Source: Nostoc linckia NIES-25 | Lineage (GTDB): Bacteria; Cyanobacteriota; Cyanobacteriia; Cyanobacteriales; Nostocaceae | NCBI GenBank assembly: GCA_002368035.1 | Contig: AP018222.1 | Location: 2,879,079-2,911,078 of the forward strand | Length of the DNA stretch: 32,000 nucleotides | Reading direction: 5' to 3' | The notes under the pieces: model-generated | Database searches by the model: none | The model's input: only the letters and a program-made list of their open reading frames with translations | What the model was told of the DNA's origin: nothing | Position numbers and translations under genes: made by a program | In this document: positions 8,694 to 15,786 of the stretch, one piece after another | Layout of the letters: every line of letters starts with the position of its first letter | How positions within the stretch are numbered: the first letter of the stretch is position 1

Positions 8694-8819
8694 AATGTAT
8701 CCTTTTTATTTTGCTTTAGAGCTAGTTTGGCTTACTAAAGCTGTATTTTAGTTCAGTGTATTACTCATAAAAAGTATTTATTAATACTAAAAATTAAGTA
8801 TTTAACGCGAAGATTATGA

Positions 8820-8966
8820 GTTTGTTGATGAAAAGCATGTGTTTGTTGACGAAAAGCATGTGTTTGTTGATGAAAGGCATGTGTTTGTTGATGAAACGCA
8901 TGTGTTTGTTGATGAAAAACATGTGTTTGTTGATGAAAAGCATGTGTTTGTTGATGAAACGCATAA
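8820..8966. repeat. tandem array, 7 x 21 bp (GTTTGTTGATGAAAAGCATGT)
   Basis: Exact 21-nt period with units starting at 8820, 8841, 8862, 8883, 8904, 8925 and 8946. Apart from the decayed 3' end of unit 7, differences are confined to two adjacent positions (AG, AG, GG, CG, AA, AG, CG) plus one T>C in unit 2. Confidence 0.95.
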
Positions 8967-8989
8967 TTTTATAGTTAAAGCTAGTAGTA

Positions 8990-9112
8990 GCGTGACCGGG
9001 CTAAAATATTGCATTAGTAAACTCTTGTGGGGTGGGCATCCTGCCCGCCCGTCTGTGGCGGGTAAGATACCCGCCCCACAAGAAAATTTATTGCAACATT
9101 TTAGTCTTGTCA
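8990..9112. mobile_element. palindromic dispersed element, copy 1 (core CTTGTGGGGTGGGCATCCTGCCCGCCC ... GGCGGGTAAGATACCCGCCCCACAAG)
   Basis: A long imperfect hairpin flanked by GCTAAAAT...ATTTTAG ends. It matches the reverse complement of 15424-15550. Confidence 0.75.
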
Positions 9113-9148
9113 GTTCACTACATTTATCCTTAACCCAAGCGTATTGCT

Positions 9149-10138
9149 CTACATAGCACCAAAAGTAACGCCCTGTTGTTTGAGCCACTTCCGGTATGCA
9201 ATAGAATAGCGATCGCTCGTTAAATGTACTTCTGCTTGCAAATCCAAAGGTAAGCGTCGGGGTTGCTGGGACTCGACAATGGCAATATCTTGACTTGCAA
9301 CTTGATTTTGAATATCTAGGTACAGTTCCACTGGAAGTTCCCGGCCGCCCTTTACCATTAACCAGTATTGCGCCACGCACTCATCTTCATCGATTGGCGT
9401 AATTGTATAGAAAATATTTAAACGATGTTCTCCAGGCCCGAGTTTAAAGTATGCCACTAGCGGACGGAAGATGCGGTAATCGTAAGTGTTGAAAATCAGC
9501 GGTGCTTCTTTAGGGTTGCGCGAATTAAAATCTAGTTCCCACAAACCACATTTGAAACTAATTCCATCGGGAAGAGACTCTAATTCATAGTGCGTCAACT
9601 CAGGACGACTGGCGTGGGCAAATAATCCTGAATGCAGAATTGGGAAGTGTGCCGGATCGATGAAATTTTCCAGCGCCCGCAGAGGGCTAGAGTGATAGTG
9701 GTAGGGGCCGCAGAAAATCCTGCGATACACCGGATTATCCCATTCAGAAAACGGAGGGATATCTTGTTTTGGCGTTCCTAAGCAAACCCACAGCAGATCG
9801 TAACGCTCTCGAACGTGGTAAGTTTTAACACAAGCTTGTGCGGGAGGCGATTGCTCTGGATTCGCCGGAACTAGTACGCATTTGCCCTCGCTGTTAAAAG
9901 CTAAACCGTGGTAGGGACAAACAAGGGTATCTTTATTGACATATCCTAGAGAAAGACGAGCGCCACGATGAGGGCAAAGGTCTTGCCAAGCTAAGACTTT
10001 TTCGCCATTATGCCAGAGTACTAGATCTGAGCCTAATAAGCGTTTGTGCAGAACTGTTCCAGGTTGGAGGTCTTGCGATCGCCCTATTACATGCCAATCA
10101 TTGAGCAAAATCTGGTCTTGCACCATGAGTATCGCCAC
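9149..10138 (-). CDS. Rieske [2Fe-2S] non-heme iron oxygenase, PaO/Tic55-like family
   Basis: Carries the Rieske motif CPHRGARLS...CPYHG and the mononuclear iron motif ENFIDPAHFPILH (E-x3-D-x2-H-x4-H). An alternative ATG start lies at 10126 (MVQDQ...). Confidence 0.85.
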   Translation of the reverse strand: MAILMVQDQILLNDWHVIGRSQDLQPGTVLHKRLLGSDLVLWHNGEKVLAWQDLCPHRGARLSLGYVNKDTLVCPYHGLAFNSEGKCVLVPANPEQSPPAQACVKTYHVRERYDLLWVCLGTPKQDIPPFSEWDNPVYRRIFCGPYHYHSSPLRALENFIDPAHFPILHSGLFAHASRPELTHYELESLPDGISFKCGLWELDFNSRNPKEAPLIFNTYDYRIFRPLVAYFKLGPGEHRLNIFYTITPIDEDECVAQYWLMVKGGRELPVELYLDIQNQVASQDIAIVESQQPRRLPLDLQAEVHLTSDRYSIAYRKWLKQQGVTFGAM

Positions 10139-10448
10139 CCATCAGTCAAATACCTATATCTTAATCATCCTCTGGAAAAGCCATCAAAGGATTTATTAAC
10201 AGATGTTAAGGCGATCGCAAGTTAAGCATTTAACTCGTTTGTTGTTGGCTCAATGCTGTTTTCGTCAGCCACAGTTAATTAATAGTTAGGCTAAAGCCGT
10301 AAGACACCGCGAAACACTCAAAAAAAGAATAAATGAAACGCAGCGTCATACTAAAATCTTGAAATATCTAAATTTTGAACTTAATGGCGGAATTTAGAAC
10401 AAAGGCGGTGTGTTAATTTAGATAGCAAACACATAGTCAAAGTAGGAA

Positions 10449-10883
10449 ATGGAACCTTTAACTACTGCGGCAATCGCTGTTGGCACTATAATTGCCACTA
10501 AAGCCTTAGAAAAAACAACCGAAAAGGTCACAGAAAATTTATTAGATAAGACTGGTAACTTTCTCGTCACCTTGAAAAAACAGTCTCCCCAGACTGTAGT
10601 GGCGATAGAGAAAGCACCAGACCAACCACTTGATTATGGCAAAGCTGTATTAGAAGTGGAATCAGCGGCTAAAGCTAACCTTGAAGTGGCACAAGCTATA
10701 GAAGAATTGGCACAAGCAGCGAAAGCGGAACCGCTACCCAATTTGGCTGAAGTTCTTCAAAATATAGCAGAAGCACTTAAATCACAATCTCCAACGAATC
10801 AAATTAGAATTGAGACAATCGAAAAAATTGTTAATTTTGCTCAGAGAGATATTAATGTAGAAACGCAAAATATCAATATTTGA
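10449..10883 (+). CDS. 144-aa helical protein with a hydrophobic N-terminal helix; candidate N-terminal (executioner/adaptor) module of the downstream STAND NTPase
   Basis: Starts MEPLTTAAIAVGTIIATKALEK, followed by an Ala/Glu/Lys-rich helical body and the tail NQIRIETIEKIVNFAQRDINVETQNINI. It ends at the TGA 10881-10883, in the same frame as the 10986 ORF, with no further stop between them. Confidence 0.6.
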   Translation: MEPLTTAAIAVGTIIATKALEKTTEKVTENLLDKTGNFLVTLKKQSPQTVVAIEKAPDQPLDYGKAVLEVESAAKANLEVAQAIEELAQAAKAEPLPNLAEVLQNIAEALKSQSPTNQIRIETIEKIVNFAQRDINVETQNINI

Positions 10884-10985
10884 CTGAAGTCGTCCGAACG
10901 GGAACGGACAAAGTTAACTCCCACAAAATATATTCGTTATCGCGGTTCCGTCAACTTCGTCGGGCGAGAAACAGAACTGACAATA

Positions 10986-13760
10986 ATGCATGAAGACTTA
11001 CAGCGCGAAAATTATGTAGCAATAGCGGGAATGGGCGGCGTGGGCAAAACTGAATTAGCTACCCAATACGCCAAAAAATATGAACAATATTATGGGGGAA
11101 TTGCTTGGTTTAACGACAGAGAAACCAATCTCGCCGCCGAAGTTTTAGAGTTTTTCTCATTGCAGTTCGGTTTGGAGATTCCCCAAGAATTAGGAGACAA
11201 ACGTTTAAACCTTCAAGAACAAGTCGCCTGGTGTTGGTCTAAATATCCTAACTCTAACTTGCCGATTTTAATCGTCTTCGATGACGTAACTGATTTAGAC
11301 AACCTCCGCCAAGTTGTTCCTAACGATAACCGTTTCCGAATCTTAATTACAACTCGACTGCGGCATTTAGACCCAAATTTTATTCAAGAAATTTCCTTAG
11401 ATGTTCTCTCGCCGCAAAAAGAACCAGGCAAAGCTTTAGAACTGTTAAAACGACTGTTGGGGGAAAAAGATAAGCGAGTTGAAAATCAACCACAAGCCGC
11501 AACACAAATATGTGAATGTCTAGAATATTTGCCCTTGGGCATAGAATTAGTGGGAGGCTATTTGCTAGGCGACCCGCAAATATCTTTAGATATAATGTTT
11601 GGGCGATTGCAAGAACGTAAATTAGCAGAAGCAGCTTTACAAGACCGGGAAACCATCAATTCAACTCAACTAGGAGTCAAAGCCGCCTTTGCTTTAACTT
11701 GGGAAGAACTCGACCCCCTGGCGCAACAACTAGGAAGATTTTTGAGTTTATTTGCTCCCCAACAGATTCTTTGGGATTTGGTGATTTGGGTAGCGATAGG
11801 TGGAGAAGAAGGAGAAAATCAGGAAGAAAGACAGCTAACTTGGTCACAAAATGAATTAAACGAAGCTAAAAAGCAACTCTACGGGCGCAACTTGCTGCAA
11901 CTCTTAGAAGAGAGAGAAGGATGTTATAAAATTCATGCTTTAGTGCGGTGGTTTTTGCAAGAGCAGTTAGCGACCTCTGGCGAGATGAAATCAGTTTTGG
12001 AAACAACTTTCGCCACCGCGATGATAAGTTTTGCCCAAATACTTCCTAATTCTCCCACTTCTGAGCAGATTGAAAACCTCAGAGATATTGTTCCCCATCT
12101 CGAAGACTTGGGAAACCGTTTAATTGCAGAGATAAAAAAAGTAAAAGAGGTACAGATAATTTCTCCAGCATCAGTTCCCAACAATCAAGTAATTTGGATA
12201 TTTGAGGGAATAGGAAGATTTTACGTAGGACAGGGATTATATAAATTAACAGAACCTTGGCGTGAGCAATGCCTAAATGTTTGCCAAGCTCTATTTACTG
12301 GCGACCATCCCGATGTGGCTAGTAGCTTGAAAAATTTAGCAGTACTCTACGATAGCCTTGGGCGGTACAGCGATGCCGAACGTCTGTACTTTGATGCCCT
12401 AGCTATGAGAAAGCGCCTGTTCCCTGGCGACCATCCCGATGTGGCTGGTAGCTTGGAAAATTTAGCTTTACTCTACAAAAGCCAAAGGCGGTACAGCGAT
12501 GCCGAACCTCTCTTAATTGAAGCCCTGGCAATGACAAAGCGCCTGTTTACGGCAATGACAAAGCACCTGTTTACTGGTGACCATCCCGATGTGGCTACTA
12601 GCTTGGACAATTTAGCAGGACTCTACCTGCACCAAGGGCAGTACAGCGATGCCGAACCTCTCTACATTGATGCCCTAGCAATGAGAAAGCGCCTGTTTCC
12701 TGGCGACCATCCCAATGTAGCTACTAGCTTGAACAATTTAGCTTTACTTTACAATATCCAAGGGCGGTACAGCGATGCCGAACCTCTCTACATTGATGCC
12801 CTGGCAATGACAAAGCGCCTGTTTACTGGCGACCATCCCGATGTGGCTACTAGCTTGAACCATTTAGCTTTACTCTACCTGTGCCAAGGGCGGTACAACG
12901 ATGCCGAACCTCTCTACATTGATGCCCTGGCAATGACAAAGCGCCTGTTTCCTGGCGGCCATCCCAATGTCGCTAGTAGCTTGAACAATTTAGCTGAACT
13001 CTACCGAAACCAAGGGCGGTACAGCGATACCGAACCTCTCTACATTGATGCCCTGGCAATGACAAAGCGCCTGTATCCTGGCGATCATCCCAATGTGGCT
13101 AATAGCTTGAACAATTTAGCTTTTCTCTACCTGTCCCAAGGGCGGTACAGCGATGCCGAACCTCTTTTAATTGAAGCCCTAGCAATGACAAAGCGCCTGT
13201 TTACTGGCGACCATCCCGATGTGGTATTAAGCTTGAACAATTTAGCTTTACTCTACCTGTCCCAAGGGCGGTACAGTGATGCCGAAACTATTTTAATTGA
13301 AGCCCTAGCAATGACAAAGCGCCCGTTTATTGGCGACCATCCCGATGTGGCATTAAGCTTGAACGATTTAGCTTTGCTCTACAATAGCCTTGGGCGTTAC
13401 AGCGATGCCGAACCTCTGTACATTGATGCCCTGGCAATGAGAAAGCGCCTGTATCCTGGCGGCCATCCCGATGTGGCTAGTAGCTTGAACAATTTAGCAG
13501 CACTCTACGATAGCCTTGGGCGGTACAACGATGCCGAACCTCTCTACATTGATGCCCTGGTAATGTGTCAACGGGTATTAGGCGTTAATCATCCTTCTAC
13601 GGTGACAGTTCAAAAAAATCTAGCAATTCTGCAACAGCAGTTAACTCCCCGTGCAGTCTGGATGCGTCGCTTAGGTTATCTTCTGCAAATCTTGTTAGCG
13701 ATATTAATTCTACCGTTTTACCTACTATGGCGATTAGCTAAAAAATTAATTCGTAATTAA
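10986..13760 (+). CDS. NLR-like STAND NTPase: NB-ARC domain, about 11 TPR (TPR_10/12, kinesin-light-chain type) repeats and a C-terminal hydrophobic anchor
   Basis: Carries the Walker A motif GMGGVGKT, a Walker B region ILIVFDDV, then ILITTR. Repeats follow the pattern GDHPDVA.SLNNLALLY..QGRYSDAEPLYIDALAM.KRLF. In-frame sequence upstream of the ATG (YRGSVNFVGRETELTI, back to 10884) is still NB-ARC-like, so the native N-terminus lies upstream of 10986. Confidence 0.85.
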   Translation: MHEDLQRENYVAIAGMGGVGKTELATQYAKKYEQYYGGIAWFNDRETNLAAEVLEFFSLQFGLEIPQELGDKRLNLQEQVAWCWSKYPNSNLPILIVFDDVTDLDNLRQVVPNDNRFRILITTRLRHLDPNFIQEISLDVLSPQKEPGKALELLKRLLGEKDKRVENQPQAATQICECLEYLPLGIELVGGYLLGDPQISLDIMFGRLQERKLAEAALQDRETINSTQLGVKAAFALTWEELDPLAQQLGRFLSLFAPQQILWDLVIWVAIGGEEGENQEERQLTWSQNELNEAKKQLYGRNLLQLLEEREGCYKIHALVRWFLQEQLATSGEMKSVLETTFATAMISFAQILPNSPTSEQIENLRDIVPHLEDLGNRLIAEIKKVKEVQIISPASVPNNQVIWIFEGIGRFYVGQGLYKLTEPWREQCLNVCQALFTGDHPDVASSLKNLAVLYDSLGRYSDAERLYFDALAMRKRLFPGDHPDVAGSLENLALLYKSQRRYSDAEPLLIEALAMTKRLFTAMTKHLFTGDHPDVATSLDNLAGLYLHQGQYSDAEPLYIDALAMRKRLFPGDHPNVATSLNNLALLYNIQGRYSDAEPLYIDALAMTKRLFTGDHPDVATSLNHLALLYLCQGRYNDAEPLYIDALAMTKRLFPGGHPNVASSLNNLAELYRNQGRYSDTEPLYIDALAMTKRLYPGDHPNVANSLNNLAFLYLSQGRYSDAEPLLIEALAMTKRLFTGDHPDVVLSLNNLALLYLSQGRYSDAETILIEALAMTKRPFIGDHPDVALSLNDLALLYNSLGRYSDAEPLYIDALAMRKRLYPGGHPDVASSLNNLAALYDSLGRYNDAEPLYIDALVMCQRVLGVNHPSTVTVQKNLAILQQQLTPRAVWMRRLGYLLQILLAILILPFYLLWRLAKKLIRN
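12291..13574 (+). repeat. ten near-identical 126-bp (42-codon) TPR-coding units in tandem, with one 24-bp internal duplication
   Basis: Exact register: 12291 + 24 + 9 x 126 = 13449 is the start of unit 10. The nucleotide strings GGCGACCATCCCGATGTGGCT and GGGCGGTACAGCGATGCCGAACCTCT recur almost unchanged. Confidence 0.9.
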
Positions 13761-14007
13761 AAAACTGGGTTCAGGCGATAGAGTTTGCAATCTAATAATT
13801 TTAAGCGAACAATCTTCAATCAAGACTATGATAGTAAAAAAATACTGCAATATTATCATAAATCAATGAATATATTGAGCGCAATCATGTTCATGATGAA
13901 TTAGTCCATCCAGCGATTAAAGCCAGACTCAATCAAAAATGACGATTTTTGCTCAATGACTCTATGATAAAACTAGTGAACCCTTCTTAACACGAATTGG
14001 TAAGGTT

Positions 14008-14262
14008 ATGAGTAGCATTAATATTTTCTTACCTGACTCAATGAAAAGTTTTGTTGAAGAACAAGTGGCTCAAGGTGGCTACGGTTCAGTTAGCGAATAT
14101 CTACAAGAATTAATTACTCAAGATCAAAAACGCAAGATGCAAGAACATGTAGAAGAACTTTTAATTGCAGGACTTGAAAGTGGAGAGCCAATAGAAGTTA
14201 ATGATGAATGGTGGCAGCAAAAACGCACAAACTTGATAAATCAATTGCATCAAGAAAAATAA
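14008..14262 (+). CDS. parD: ParD-family (ribbon-helix-helix) type II antitoxin
   Basis: 84 aa. The N-terminus MSSINIFLPDSMKSFVEEQVAQGGYGSVSEYLQELI is typical of ParD/COG3609 antitoxins. Its stop overlaps the toxin start (TAATG at 14260-14264). Confidence 0.8.
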   Translation: MSSINIFLPDSMKSFVEEQVAQGGYGSVSEYLQELITQDQKRKMQEHVEELLIAGLESGEPIEVNDEWWQQKRTNLINQLHQEK

Positions 14263-14579
14263 TGACAAAGCGAATAGTCATTACACCCAAAGCCAGTTTA
14301 GATATTGATGAGTATTTTGTTTACATTGGCCAAGAAAACCCGGACACAGCTCTTTTGTTCTTTGACTCTGTAAGAGAAACATTTGCACAGTTAGCAAGAA
14401 TGCCTGGAATGGGTAGCCGTTATCCTTTGAATAATCTTCGTTTACAAGGTTTACGTAAATGGGCTGTTAAGGGATTTAAAAAGTATCTAATCTTTTACTT
14501 TGAGCGAGATGAAAGCATTGAAGTTGTGCGGATTCTCTATGCTGGGCAAGATATAGAAAGGATTTTAGAACAGGAATGA
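14262..14579 (+). CDS. parE: ParE/RelE-family type II toxin
   Basis: Starting at the ATG at 14262 gives 105 aa (MTKRIVITPKASLDIDEYFVYIG...GFKKYLIFYFERDESIEVVRILYAGQD), a ParE-like pattern. The ORF-track start at 14208 lies inside parD. Confidence 0.8.
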   Translation: MTKRIVITPKASLDIDEYFVYIGQENPDTALLFFDSVRETFAQLARMPGMGSRYPLNNLRLQGLRKWAVKGFKKYLIFYFERDESIEVVRILYAGQDIERILEQE

Positions 14580-14619
14580 TATTGATTAGCGATCGCAATA
14601 TCCAACCCAACCTTATGCT

Positions 14620-14653
14620 GTTGAGTGTTGACTGTGAACTGTCAACACTCAAC
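14620..14653. terminator. perfect 13-bp stem hairpin between convergent genes (possible bidirectional terminator)
   Basis: GTTGAGTGTTGAC (14620-14632), an 8-nt loop, then GTCAACACTCAAC (14641-14653). A T-run follows about 25 nt downstream on the plus strand. There is no immediately adjacent U-tract. Confidence 0.4.
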
Positions 14654-14701
14654 AACCAACTACTGAAGTTATTGTTTATTTTTTGGAGTTCCCTTAGCGA
14701 T

Positions 14702-15262
14702 TTAGGGATTAATTGCAGAATTAGCCATTTTAACTAAAGAAGCGCGATCGCCTGCTTTCAATCCCACAGTATATTGCACGCTCTGTTGTCGCCAAGTCAA
14801 GGTAGCATCTGAACAATTAGCACCACAACTAAAATCCACAAAATAGCCAGTGATACCTTTAGCTAAAGACACGCGTTTACCGATGAGACGAGGGGTTTTG
14901 TGGGTTACCGCTTCAGCAGAAAGCACACCCAAACGGCAAGCAGTTCCACCATTACAGTCAGGACTAAAACCAAGTAAGATATCGTACTTTTTTTGACTAG
15001 CAGTTTCTATAATCGCGTAAATCGGGTTTTCCCCATCCGATTCAGGAATAAACTTCGGTAATAGAATGTTGATTTTAGTTTTTTGCTTTAGTTTAGGCAA
15101 AATCGACTTAAAAACTGGATGTGATTGGATTTTAGCTTGTCCTTGCGCTATCAGTTGAGTTTGATTGTTAACAGTGGCTACTGCTGACTGAGGAAAGCTA
15201 CTAGGGCTAACTAATAAAAACACAGCACACACAGCACTAATTTTTCTAAAGCCTAAAATCAT
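14702..15262 (-). CDS. hypothetical secreted protein
   Basis: The likely start is at 15262 (MILGFRKISAVCAVFLLVSPSSFPQSAVA, signal-peptide-like). The mature part has paired Cys motifs (SPDCNGGTACRLG, FSCGANCSD). The ORF track extends it to 15349. Confidence 0.6.
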   Translation of the reverse strand: MILGFRKISAVCAVFLLVSPSSFPQSAVATVNNQTQLIAQGQAKIQSHPVFKSILPKLKQKTKINILLPKFIPESDGENPIYAIIETASQKKYDILLGFSPDCNGGTACRLGVLSAEAVTHKTPRLIGKRVSLAKGITGYFVDFSCGANCSDATLTWRQQSVQYTVGLKAGDRASLVKMANSAINP

Positions 15263-15423
15263 AATTACAAACCTATGTAATCTCAAACACTTATTTGTAA
15301 TACCCATTTTTAGTATTAAATTACGCATTTTATAGATAGAAAAGTACAAAAGCTGGGAATAATAAAATACAAAATAGATTCGGTCAAACAGGCCAACTTA
15401 ATTTAAGATTAAACAATAATAGT

Positions 15424-15550
15424 AGCGTCGCAAGGCTAAAATGTTACAAGAAATTTTATTGTGGGATGGGTGTCCTCACCCGTCCGGGCGGGCAGGATGC
15501 CTACCCCACAAGATCTAAATTTTATGCACTATTTTAAGCTTGTCACGCTA
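15424..15550. mobile_element. palindromic dispersed element, copy 2 (inverted relative to 8990-9112)
   Basis: Its reverse complement aligns along the full length of copy 1. The core CTTGTGGGGTAGGCATCCTGCCCGCCC differs from copy 1 at one base. Confidence 0.75.
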
Positions 15551-15786
15551 ATAGAGTGAGTTGTGGCACAGCCCAACTCACTATTTTCATATCGTCTAAC
15601 TTGAAATTGCTCAATGGTGAGCAAAAATACTTGTCTCAAGTCCCTAGTCCACTGTTCTTACAGGTTTGGACTTAAAAATCTGGTAAATTTTTGATTGTAG
15701 AGATAAAAATAGATAAAAGGTCACTTGACCTCTAACTATTAATCGGATAGCCTTAGCGTTCAGAAACATTATTTCTTGGGAAACCG

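Noticed and set aside
8814-9380. ORFs 8814..9380 (minus) and 8839..9156 (plus) spanning the 21-bp array.
   Set aside because: Their open frames are a by-product of a 21-nt (7-codon) repeat. Both then run through the palindromic element, and the minus one continues into the Rieske gene in a different frame. Only the short 8816-8974 frame is self-contained, and it is kept as a low-probability note in the findings.
10881-10883. The in-frame TGA between the helical module and the NB-ARC ORF as a selenocysteine codon.
   Set aside because: The downstream hairpin (10892-10909) has only 5 bp and does not resemble a bacterial SECIS element. Nothing in the protein context suggests a redox-active Sec/Cys site, and cyanobacteria generally lack Sec machinery. 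A nonsense mutation or low-level readthrough is more parsimonious.
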